A stretch of 64,000 nt of DNA from a virus. Location of the stretch: positions 62,270-126,269 of the IMG/VR virus record IMGVR_UViG_3300026484_000157; one strand, given 5' to 3'. Made by a program: the position numbers and the translations under genes. The notes under the pieces were generated by a model that ran no database searches, was not told the DNA's origin, and worked only from the letters and a program-made list of their open reading frames with translations. Shown piece after piece: positions 52,574-62,012 of the stretch; position 1 is the first letter of the stretch; each line of letters starts with the position of its first letter.

Positions 52574-54126
52574 ATGGGAAAAATATACACAAACACTGAC
52601 AAAATACAATTTTCGGATCTTCCACCTTTTGTAAAAGAGATGGTAACAGAACTTATAAATGACCAAAATTTTTACAAAGTGACTTATGAGGGTCATCTTC
52701 CAATAGATTACATTTATGTCATTATTGACAAGAAATACTTATTCAAGAAATTTAAGAATCCAACCATAGTATTATCCACATTGGCTTATGGTGATGAGTC
52801 TGAACTCCCAATATTACCACACAATGGATTATTAATTGGTGCACACATAACAGATCATGACTATTCCAATAACAGAATAAGAATGAATACTATGCAACAA
52901 GTAAACAAGTGTATTATTAAAACCACACCACCAGAAGACTGTACAGACAAGAGGATCTATCTTGGTCACTACACAGATTAAAAGGAGAAACAAAAATGAA
53001 GAAGATATTAATAATATCATTGCTAACAGTTAGTTTATTTGCTTGGGGTAAGGACAAAATTAAGACTCAGGCAAGAGAAGAAGCACAATCAATATGTATT
53101 GCAGGATTTTTATTTGCAATAACTACAGTTCATAACGGAAGTGGGACTGGTGTGTCAATAACACAAATATTTAGAGAAGGTCTGAAAGATAACTATCCAA
53201 ATAGACCAATAAAATGTAATAATCACAAGAAAGGAAAATAATGCCAAGTTATAAAACAATAGAGATATCGGTTGATGAAGGGAGATATAGATTTCAACAA
53301 GCAGATGATTCTAACAAAATCAAATTAATTGAGTCATCAACAGGTAAAACTATTGAAGTTTTTGATATTGATTTAGAACACAAGTTGCTAGGATCTGGTG
53401 GTGGATTCCTAAGTCTTAATGAATCTTTTGGTTACAATGTTTCTAAATATAAATCTCTTGGGGAGGTAATTGAATATGCTCACAAAATGTATAGTTAAAA
53501 TTTTGGCTATTTAATTTTATAAAGACATAACAAATTAAAACATTCAAGGATAACAACATGGAACAACTATCAAAATCAGATAGAACTAAGGTTAGAAAAT
53601 ACTACATCAAGAAGCTAGGAAAATCTTCAACTGATTCTGAAATTAAAGAATTATGTGATTCTGTTACAACAGTTAGAGAAGCAAAAATCGAAATAAACAA
53701 GATTGCGAGTACAAGATAATGAAGTTCCTTAAAGTTGAAGAATCTTATTTAATGGCAATGATTGAAAAAGTTGCTACAATGCAGGAAGAAATTTCATCAC
53801 TGAGAGATGAAAATTATCGAATTAATAATTTGGCAGGAGATTTAGAAGATTACAATAAGCATCTTGTAAAAAGACATAAGACTGATTGCGATCACATTGA
53901 AACTCTAAGACATGCTAATAAAAGATTGACGATTACAAATAAATCAAATAATTTGCTTATTGCTTCATTGAATGATAAATATAAGTCAGTTAAAGGTTAT
54001 AAATCGTTATATAATTCGATAAAACACAAAATTGCGATTATCGAGTCACAACCAGAACCTGCAAGTTGTAAAATTATAAAAATTACCGATTCATTAGAAC
54101 AAATGGGGGTTGAAAAATATGCATAG
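52574..54126 (+). CDS. Small hypothetical genes (52574-52981, 52996-53241 secreted, 53241-53498, 53558-53719, 53719-54126)
   Basis: SD-led or coupled ORFs; 53558 follows the conserved promoter. Confidence 0.5.
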
Positions 54127-54847
54127 TGAGAAAATTAAAGCAAGAATTATAAAACTATTGGCTCTTGCAACAAGTTCAAATGAGGCAGAATCACTCTCTG
54201 CCATGAATAAAGCGGTTGAACTCATGCAAAAATACTCAATAGATGAGAATCAACTACATAAACAAACTATTGAAACACTTCAAATTGAAACTAAATATAA
54301 ATTAATACCAAGTTGGGTTGCAGTGTTATACAATGAAATTTCAAAATCTGCAGGAGTATACTGTGTATACAATAATGCAATTGGTTTTAACAACACTAAT
54401 GCAGAATTTTATCTATCTGGAAGAAAATCAGACATATTGAATGTGGAATATATAACTACATATTTAATGGCTCAAATTGAGAAAATGAGCAAAGAATTTA
54501 CAAAGACCCTACCTAAGGACATGAAACCAATGGATAAACAGCAAATGTCCAAGTCTTATAGAATGGGGATGTCGGTTGGCTTAGGTGCGAGAATGAATGA
54601 AATCACAAAGGAATTCTTCAAAGAAATAAACTCAACCGCATTAGTCCCAGTCGATGACAATATTGTTAAATATAATGAGGCAGAAGAGGACTTTCTTAAA
54701 GATAATAAAGTAAATATGACAAAGAGAACTGCAACACTTCACCAAGAAGCAGCAGATAGGGGTAATCAGGACTCTGCAAAGATTTCGATAAATAAATCAA
54801 TAGACGGGACTGTTACCCCACACGAGGATGCTCTTCTGTTAAAATAA
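54119..54847 (+). CDS. DUF2786-domain protein
   Basis: RIIKLLALA.SSNEAE...A..KA..LM.KY. Confidence 0.78.
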   Translation: MHSEKIKARIIKLLALATSSNEAESLSAMNKAVELMQKYSIDENQLHKQTIETLQIETKYKLIPSWVAVLYNEISKSAGVYCVYNNAIGFNNTNAEFYLSGRKSDILNVEYITTYLMAQIEKMSKEFTKTLPKDMKPMDKQQMSKSYRMGMSVGLGARMNEITKEFFKEINSTALVPVDDNIVKYNEAEEDFLKDNKVNMTKRTATLHQEAADRGNQDSAKISINKSIDGTVTPHEDALLLK

Positions 54848-54904
54848 TATGAATAACATGCTTTATTTTGGATATCCTAAATTTAACAACAAAAGGATAT
54901 CCAA

Positions 54905-55081
54905 ATGGAAAATTACAAAGCAGCAGTAGAATTCGCTCAGGCGATAGTAGATGAAGCTACAAATCTTGAGGAAAAACATACTAAATCTGGATCTGCAAGA
55001 CAGAGAAAAAACTTAAATGAAATCAAAAAACTTGTTACTGGTGCTAAGAATGAACTTCTAGCAAAAGATAAAGGAGAATAA
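54905..55081 (+). CDS. 58-aa basic helical protein, Hc1/histone-H1-like
   Basis: K.TKSGSAR.RK.LNEIKKL; SD AAGGA; absent from ORF track. Confidence 0.45.
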   Translation: MENYKAAVEFAQAIVDEATNLEEKHTKSGSARQRKNLNEIKKLVTGAKNELLAKDKGE

Positions 55082-55084
55082 ACA

Positions 55085-55933
55085 ATGTTCAATATCATAT
55101 CAGGTGTAAGCTCTAAAGCTGATAAGAGTACAGTGGCAACTCAGCTAACTACAGTACTCAGAAACTTTAAGAAGAGAAATAAAGATGCATTCAAAATTGG
55201 AGTTATCACTATCAATAAGAAAGTGCCAATTGCAATTTATTGGGCAGAGGTTGGAGAAAAATACCCAGGCATAGATGGTAAATATCCAACTGTTGAAAAT
55301 CGTAGATTAGAAGTTGGTACAAAATTTTTAGCAGCAATTCCAACATCATCAGATCTTACTAAAAAGAATGCACTATTCATTTATGATGAGATTAGTAATT
55401 CTTGGGGACGAATACCAGGGGCTTATTATAAGAAGATTATTGAAGCATCAGATATTCGACAATCAGTCTTAGAAACAGTTTTGGAAAAGAAAGAACTGAA
55501 TGAAAAACAAGCAATCCTAGATGAGGAAATAAAATTAGCTGAGCTAATTGATGATTATTCTAAATTAGCTGAAAAATTTGCCAATGAACTTAGACCTGTA
55601 AGTAGATTTGGTGCTGATTTCAAATCTAAAGATGGTCAAATTCCTGACATCTATTTCCAAGAATGGCAAGATTGGGATATGGGGACACCATCGGTTGATG
55701 TTCGTTATCGTATCAATGAGTCTTTTAGAGAAAGAACATCAAATCATTCATTAGAATTTTCATTTTCAAGTGGTCGTATTAGCAATGATGAAGATCGAAA
55801 AGAACTAGTGAAAATCACAGAAGAGATTGGTAAAATGCAATCTATTCTTGCAAAACATAAGGTTGGTCTTGATAATGCATATGACAAGATCAATAACAAA
55901 CAAGATCAAATATGGGAAATGAAAAAATCATAA
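55085..55933 (+). CDS. Hypothetical protein with 'NIISG' leader
   Basis: 282-aa ORF. Confidence 0.6.
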   Translation: MFNIISGVSSKADKSTVATQLTTVLRNFKKRNKDAFKIGVITINKKVPIAIYWAEVGEKYPGIDGKYPTVENRRLEVGTKFLAAIPTSSDLTKKNALFIYDEISNSWGRIPGAYYKKIIEASDIRQSVLETVLEKKELNEKQAILDEEIKLAELIDDYSKLAEKFANELRPVSRFGADFKSKDGQIPDIYFQEWQDWDMGTPSVDVRYRINESFRERTSNHSLEFSFSSGRISNDEDRKELVKITEEIGKMQSILAKHKVGLDNAYDKINNKQDQIWEMKKS

Positions 55934-55999
55934 TTCATAGTTAAAACAGTTATCCTTTGATTTTATAGGAACATAAGATAAAAATCAAAGGATAACAAA

Positions 56000-56809
56000 A
56001 TGTCAAAACAACCAACAATCTCACTAGAACAACTTCAAAAGTCAGTGCCATCAGCATTCACAACATCAAGATACTCAAAAGCTTCAGAAAAATACCAAGT
56101 TGCAAACACATCAGAAATCGTTAAAGAGTTCATGAAAAGTGGATGGGATATTACTCGAGCAACACAATCTATGGTAAACAACCCAGAGAAACAAGGTTAT
56201 CAGTTCCACTCAATAAGAATGAGAAATCAAGATATAAAAATCAGTGAAAATAATAAAGAGTTTGCTGAAATTGTAATTACTAATGGTCATGATACAAATC
56301 ACCTACTTACAATCAGTATGGGTATTTATAGACAAATTTGCTCAAATGGACTAGTAGTTTCGGATTCTTATATTGAGCCTATCAAAATAAAACATGTTGG
56401 GGAGACCTTTAAAACTGAATTGGCTCAGGCAATAACTTATGCATCTGAAAAAACAGAGGATTTAAAAAGATTGATGAATACAATGAAAGATAAAGAAATT
56501 ACCGATGAACAGCAACTAATGATGGCTAAGCAATTCTTTGAATTCAGAATGGAAAAAGAACCAACTGATACACAAATTGATCAAATACTAACGGCTCATC
56601 GTGAAGAAGATGATGGTAACCAACTATGGGTAACATACAACCTGCTTCAGGAAAATATTATCCAAGGTAAATTCACATATGAAGTTAAGAAGCTGATAAA
56701 AGATAAAAAGACAAAGATCTCTGAATACCAAGCTAAGGCAATATCTTCTGTTGCAAAAATACAAGACCTGAATAAAAAGATGTTCGATAGTGCGATGAGT
56801 TATGCTTAA
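56000..56809 (+). CDS. DUF932/DUF945 family protein
   Basis: NGHD, G.YRQICSNGLV, H.G, R.ED....LW..YN..QE. Confidence 0.82.
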   Translation: MSKQPTISLEQLQKSVPSAFTTSRYSKASEKYQVANTSEIVKEFMKSGWDITRATQSMVNNPEKQGYQFHSIRMRNQDIKISENNKEFAEIVITNGHDTNHLLTISMGIYRQICSNGLVVSDSYIEPIKIKHVGETFKTELAQAITYASEKTEDLKRLMNTMKDKEITDEQQLMMAKQFFEFRMEKEPTDTQIDQILTAHREEDDGNQLWVTYNLLQENIIQGKFTYEVKKLIKDKKTKISEYQAKAISSVAKIQDLNKKMFDSAMSYA

Positions 56810-57294
56810 TAGTCTGGTCGCTAAAATAAGACACTCTGAAAAGCCTACCTCTTATTGGGTAGAGCTAGTGTCGGTTTCAGATTTACCACAGCAAGTCAAG
56901 ACGGATCTTATGAACTGGTTAGAGCCACCAAAGGTACAACCTACTGTAGTACACGATACAACTAACCTATGGCAGAATGTCATAGGATTATCACACTAAG
57001 GAGACAACAATGTATGAATTACAAATAGCAAAAGACAGAATGGATAATTTAATCCACGAAAGTAGATCAGAGTTAGAATCAGCAAAGCCAACATTAAATT
57101 TTAATCATGAGATAACAAAGAATGACATTGAAAAAGCCATTCAGCAATCAAATTGGGCATGGACTGATGTAATGGTAGGTTTAACAGAGATGGGAATATC
57201 GCCAACCCAAGATGATAAAGATAGAATACTGCTACAATTGGTAAAGAAGAAAATAAAAGGTGTTCTATGGAAAAAGAACCAAACGAAATATTAG
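56802..57294 (+). CDS. Two small hypothetical proteins (56802-56999, 57010-57294)
   Basis: Packed ORFs. Confidence 0.5.
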
Positions 57295-57310
57295 AAACAA
57301 AGGACAAACA

Positions 57311-57661
57311 ATGAATATCATTGCAGGAATTACAACACAAGCATCTATGAAGGTGGATGACAAATTTGAAATTTGGGATGATAAGTTAGCGGAGTCACTT
57401 TCTGAACAGTTTGGTTTGAACAAGAGTCAACTAGACAAATACTTCAATAAGATTACAGTACACGATGGTGGTAACAGAATCACAGTTGAGTGTAAGAAAT
57501 GTGAAATCATGGAACAACTAGATGTATTCTCTGAAAAAGTATACGAGTTACAAGAGATGATGGAGTTAGAAGAAGATGAGGCAATCGAGGAAGTTATGGA
57601 TCTTGAAGTGAACTTCTATATAGAAGATGGCGAAATAGAATATGCAACTATTGGGGAATAA
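57311..57661 (+). CDS. Acidic protein with MNIIAGITT leader
   Basis: SD-supported start at 57311; leader ends TQAS. Confidence 0.65.
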   Translation: MNIIAGITTQASMKVDDKFEIWDDKLAESLSEQFGLNKSQLDKYFNKITVHDGGNRITVECKKCEIMEQLDVFSEKVYELQEMMELEEDEAIEEVMDLEVNFYIEDGEIEYATIGE

Positions 57662-57675
57662 ACAAACCCCAATAG
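57648..57675 (+). terminator. Hairpin, possible terminator
   Basis: CTATTGGGG/CCCCAATAG; no U-tract. Confidence 0.4.
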
Positions 57676-57822
57676 CCCACAATAAAATCTCTCACAAATA
57701 GTATTAAAATTCCAATTATCCAATTTTATAAGAACATAAGACATAAATCCAAAAACCTAGTATTAAAATTTTCGGTTTTTGGATTTATGAGGAAATAGAA
57801 AATAAAATTCAAGGATAACAAC

Positions 57823-58461
57823 ATGAAAGCATTTAACGGAATAGACACAAACGGAAACATCTTAGAAATCACTCACAATGATAACAACACTCACTTTTAT
57901 TGCAATAATAAGAGAATCAAAGGGTCATTGGCAATTGAAATGAAAGAAAGATTCGAATCTTCTAGAGTTATTACAGCATCTAAGAAAGAAAAAACAGAGG
58001 TAATGGTTGATTTAGCAAAAGAAGGATCATCAGATACTACTGCAATTGTATTTAATGGGACAATTGATCAACTATTCAAACTAGTATCTGAAACTAAATC
58101 AATAAAAGATAAAATGGCACTATTACAATCAAATTTAACAAGTGAAATTCAACTTTTATTAGGATGGAGCAGAAAATCAGAACTTTCAAAAGGATTCTCT
58201 TGGAAGAGAATTAACAAGTTCATGGAAAAATGTAAAACTAATGAGGACTGCAATGCTAAATTGGTTAGAACTGAAGACTGTAACCCTGAGGTTATAAATA
58301 GTCTAGTTGCTAATGGTAAACCGAGATTCGAATTAAAAGATGAAGAAAAAATTCAAGTTATTAATTCATTACCATTAGGGAAAGAAAAGCTATATTGTGA
58401 TGCTATATCAAGAAACCTTAAATTAGGATTATCTGATAAACAAATAAATAGCTTAATATAA
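57823..58461 (+). CDS. Hypothetical protein; C-half resembles a phage ligase N-terminal DNA-binding domain
   Basis: Tandem promoters upstream; S.KDK..LL...L.LGLS.K.IN similar to the ligase at 32538. Confidence 0.45.
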   Translation: MKAFNGIDTNGNILEITHNDNNTHFYCNNKRIKGSLAIEMKERFESSRVITASKKEKTEVMVDLAKEGSSDTTAIVFNGTIDQLFKLVSETKSIKDKMALLQSNLTSEIQLLLGWSRKSELSKGFSWKRINKFMEKCKTNEDCNAKLVRTEDCNPEVINSLVANGKPRFELKDEEKIQVINSLPLGKEKLYCDAISRNLKLGLSDKQINSLI

Positions 58462-58474
58462 AAGGAAATCCATT

Positions 58475-58759
58475 ATGGCAAATTACAGAGAGTTGAAAAA
58501 GAAATATCAAAATGATCCAGTAATGTTAGGTTTCGTTTCTTGTGAAGGAGATCTGGACTGTATAAATGAAAAACTGCATGAAGCAGGTAATGGATCAGAT
58601 TTCACATTACAAGAAATTGCCGACATTTTAGGAATAACAAGAGAAAGAGTGAGACAGATTGAATCTAGTGCAATTAAAAAATTAAGACACCCTAAAGTTG
58701 GTCGGTCTTTAAATACATATGTGCATGAGCACATAACTGATACACCTAATGGATTCTAG
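58475..58759 (+). CDS. Stand-alone sigma-70 region 4 protein
   Basis: FTLQEIADILGITRERVRQIESSAIKKLRHP. Confidence 0.88.
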   Translation: MANYRELKKKYQNDPVMLGFVSCEGDLDCINEKLHEAGNGSDFTLQEIADILGITRERVRQIESSAIKKLRHPKVGRSLNTYVHEHITDTPNGF

Positions 58760-58832
58760 TAATAGAATCCATCTTAAATCAAGATTGTGCACAACTTACA
58801 TAAAAATGAAATCAAATAAAAAAAGGACTCAA

Positions 58833-60230
58833 ATGGAAAATGAAACAATATTAGTCGAAGGTAAAATCAATATTTTGCTTGATCATCTATATGGCTCATC
58901 TGCTAAAGGGCAAGTATGTGCAGCGATAGCAGATAAAGAACGACCAAGTATTCTTATTGCTAATCATAGCACATCGGCATCACATACAGTAATGGAAGGG
59001 GATGAAGAATTTGTATTTAAGGCTCTACCATCTGCAACATTCTTATGTAAAACAAGAGATGACTACAATCCATCAATATTTATGGCAGCATCATCAGGAT
59101 TTGAAATTGATCAAGTTATCAAAGAGATGAAATGGATCAATAATCCAGAAATTAAAGTTTATGTACATCCATATGCAGTTATAGTTCTTCAGGAACATAA
59201 AAATCTAGAAGCAGGTCTTAATAGAGATGGGTCTTCATCTGATAACAGTGGAACATTACATCTTGGATCTACAATGAGTGGACAATCTTATGCATTTGCA
59301 GATAAAATGACAAGAAGATCACCATCATCATTAGCGAAGGATTATGCTGAGGAACTATATAAACATAATATTATAGTTATGGCTACACCATGGGCATTCC
59401 AACTACAATTATTATCAGAATTAGCAAAGGATGATGCAACTGCTCTTGCTGAAATGCCACAAGGATTTCCATTGTCAATTGATCATGGACCAGAGTTTCC
59501 TTATTCAACATTCAGAAACATTACACCTATGCAATTATTGGCAGACTTAGGTCTTAATGAAGCATATTTAGGATCAGTTATTGGTAATATTAGATCACTC
59601 CCTATCAGAGTCAGTAACAGATTTGTTGGTAATAACATGGACAATGTAATGTTATTCGCTAAATTTGATGCTGAAAACAAGATGAGTGAGTCATCTTGGA
59701 ACACACCAGAGCAACTTGGAATGACATATTCAGATGTAAATGCAATCACATATGATCTATTGATGGGTAATGAAAAACGATTCAAAAATTGGATCATAAC
59801 AGACATTAAAGGTGTAACTGGAACATCTGGACCATTTGAAGAAGATATGGAGGAGATTTCATGGAGAGAATTATCTGATCATTTAACCTCAATTGCAGGT
59901 AAAGATGTAAATGTTGAAGAAATTACTACACTTACAAAATTAAATAGAAGAATAGCAAAAATAGCCGATGAGAGATCATTATCTATAGATATGCTGATGA
60001 AATTTATGGTAGCAGTTAATCCTACTCATCTATCAATCACATTCTTGAACTATATTGATCCAAACTTGGAAGGTGCTACTTCAATAGAGGAGATCAACAA
60101 AAGTGAGATATTTAATGATTGGTCTATTAGAGCAATTGAAGACTTGAGAGAAGCATATAATGGTGAGGTATTTCCAAAAATTACTGCTCTTCAAACTGGT
60201 AAATATTTAGAAAATGTAATATTCATTTAA
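58833..60230 (+). CDS. purZ: PurZ-like (adenylosuccinate synthetase homologue with Asp-to-Ser switch)
   Basis: YGSSAKG, SHT, VHPYAVIVLQEH, GSTMSG, QGFPLSIDHG..PYST.R, PIRVSN, SGP, TTLTKL.RRI, TFLNY. Confidence 0.8.
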   Translation: MENETILVEGKINILLDHLYGSSAKGQVCAAIADKERPSILIANHSTSASHTVMEGDEEFVFKALPSATFLCKTRDDYNPSIFMAASSGFEIDQVIKEMKWINNPEIKVYVHPYAVIVLQEHKNLEAGLNRDGSSSDNSGTLHLGSTMSGQSYAFADKMTRRSPSSLAKDYAEELYKHNIIVMATPWAFQLQLLSELAKDDATALAEMPQGFPLSIDHGPEFPYSTFRNITPMQLLADLGLNEAYLGSVIGNIRSLPIRVSNRFVGNNMDNVMLFAKFDAENKMSESSWNTPEQLGMTYSDVNAITYDLLMGNEKRFKNWIITDIKGVTGTSGPFEEDMEEISWRELSDHLTSIAGKDVNVEEITTLTKLNRRIAKIADERSLSIDMLMKFMVAVNPTHLSITFLNYIDPNLEGATSIEEINKSEIFNDWSIRAIEDLREAYNGEVFPKITALQTGKYLENVIFI

Positions 60231-60242
60231 GGAGGATATATC

Positions 60243-60851
60243 ATGAGATTAACATGTAAGAAAGAATTTAGAGGTCTTGGGCTAAAACCCAATGACCAAG
60301 TGGATGCAACAATCCAAGACGGTGAGTATTTAATCGATGGTGCAGTATTGATTTCAAAAGCGACTCTAGACGAGCATTTTTCAATATCATGCGATGCTAA
60401 TGGCAGTGAAGATTCTTCTGTGCAACAGAACCAAACAGGAATGCAAATGTTTATTGGTACAAAAACAATAATGGCACGACCTCAGCAAAATGGTGATAAA
60501 GAGGGTTATGAAGTTGTCTATGAGGACGGATACAGATCGTGGTCACCTAAAGAGACATTTGAAAAAGCATACAGATTAGATGAGAATTTAACATTTGGTG
60601 ATGCAGTTCACCTAATGAAATCTGGTCATAAAATGTCTAGAGCAGGATGGAATGGGAAGAGTATGTTTGTATTCTTAGTGCAGGGATCAACATTCAAGGT
60701 AAATAGACCACCATTAAATCAATTTTATTGCGAGGGTACTGAAGTAACTTATCAACCACATATTGATATGAAAACTGTAGATGGTACAATCGTACCATGG
60801 TTGGCTTCACAAACAGATATATTAGCAGAAGATTGGGGAGTTGTACTATGA
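60243..60851 (+). CDS. DUF2829 / Tad2-like anti-defence sponge
   Basis: TFGDA...MK.G....RAGWNGK.MFV...PWLASQTDILAEDW; upstream GY.V.YEDGY.SWSPK domain. Confidence 0.8.
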   Translation: MRLTCKKEFRGLGLKPNDQVDATIQDGEYLIDGAVLISKATLDEHFSISCDANGSEDSSVQQNQTGMQMFIGTKTIMARPQQNGDKEGYEVVYEDGYRSWSPKETFEKAYRLDENLTFGDAVHLMKSGHKMSRAGWNGKSMFVFLVQGSTFKVNRPPLNQFYCEGTEVTYQPHIDMKTVDGTIVPWLASQTDILAEDWGVVL

Positions 60852-61435
60852 AATACTTGTCAGTAGATATAGAGACAACTGGTCTTAATCCAGAAAAATG
60901 CCAAACATTGGAGGTATCTTTTGTAGTAGAAGATACCAATAATATAAAACCACTGGAAGAACTTCCAAGATTTACTGTTTGTATTGAACATAAGAGGATT
61001 CATGGAGAGCCTTATGCTCTCTCAATGCCTTATAATGCTTCAATTATAAACGATATGAAGAACAAATTGGAAGATAGAAAATTCAATTTCATTAAGCCTG
61101 ATGAATTTTATTCATCTCTTTTACTATTCTTATCAAAAAACGATTTACTTGATGATAAGAATAAGGCAACTTTAAATATAGCAGGTAAGAATTTCCAAGC
61201 ATTTGATAAGCCATTCATAATGAAATTGCTAGAATCTGATCCACAATGGAACAATCAAATAAGATTTAGATATCGAGTTATTGACCCAGCAATTCTATTT
61301 GTGAATTGGAAAGATGACTCTGCTCTACCTGATTTGAATACATGTAAACAGAGAGCAAATATTAGCGGTGAGGTAGCTCATGACTCATATAGTGATGCTC
61401 TTGATGTAATCAAGCTTCTAAGAAGTACTTATTAA
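60848..61435 (+). CDS. DEDDh 3'-5' exonuclease
   Basis: VDIETTGL, GKN..FD, H.S..DA. Confidence 0.85.
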   Translation: MKYLSVDIETTGLNPEKCQTLEVSFVVEDTNNIKPLEELPRFTVCIEHKRIHGEPYALSMPYNASIINDMKNKLEDRKFNFIKPDEFYSSLLLFLSKNDLLDDKNKATLNIAGKNFQAFDKPFIMKLLESDPQWNNQIRFRYRVIDPAILFVNWKDDSALPDLNTCKQRANISGEVAHDSYSDALDVIKLLRSTY

Positions 61436-61517
61436 CTCAATAGGTACCTACATCTTATAAAACTGAAGAGAGATAATAAAGGAGCTACCAAGTCTCATAA
61501 TAAAACTCTCTTCAAAT

Positions 61518-61595
61518 GTCACGATAGACGGTTATTAGGAAGACCTCACTTATAATAGTAAGATAGCACTGGTTCGAATCCAGTTCGTGACACCA
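61518..61595 (+). tRNA. tRNA-like RNA with aberrant D and anticodon arms (identity undetermined)
   Basis: Acceptor GTCACGA/TCGTGAC, discriminator A, encoded CCA, T-arm ACTGG-TTCGAAT-CCAGT. Confidence 0.7.
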
Positions 61596-61623
61596 CCTAA
61601 AAATAAATACAAAAGAGAATAAT

Positions 61624-61950
61624 ATGAATAGAAAAATGAACTTATTAATGGCATCAGCTATGGTCGGTATGGCTTCAATGGGGATAAGCCCACAATATAA
61701 TCCTATGAGATTACCAAGAGTAGGCACTAAAGATCACGAACCTCAAAGTGACGAAGATATACAGAATATGTTATCTAAGGCTGAAATCAAAAGACAAAGA
61801 AAATTTGATAAGAAGTGTAATTCATGTCGTTTCCTTGTTAAAAACTGTAACCACCATGATGACTGTTTGTACTTTTGTAACCATCCAAGTAATCCAGAAG
61901 ATACTGAAGGTAACAACAGAATGAGTATTTGCCCAATTTTTAAAATGTAG
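61624..61950 (+). CDS. Hypothetical Cys-rich protein
   Basis: C-terminal CxxC...C...C..C. Confidence 0.5.
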   Translation: MNRKMNLLMASAMVGMASMGISPQYNPMRLPRVGTKDHEPQSDEDIQNMLSKAEIKRQRKFDKKCNSCRFLVKNCNHHDDCLYFCNHPSNPEDTEGNNRMSICPIFKM

Positions 61951-62012
61951 TATTAAAATTCCAAAAATTCGATTTTATAGGAACATAAGAAATAAAAATT
62001 GAGGATAACAAC

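Noticed and set aside
58833-60230. Ordinary PurA auxiliary metabolic gene
   Set aside because: Lacks the GDEGKG Asp and the TKLD GTP motif; matches the PurZ pattern instead
12101-62012. Recurring TAGTATTAAAA...TTTTATA motif as a CRISPR or mobile-element repeat
   Set aside because: Copies are dispersed, always upstream of starts, with promoter-like 17-nt spacing; no array or cas operon
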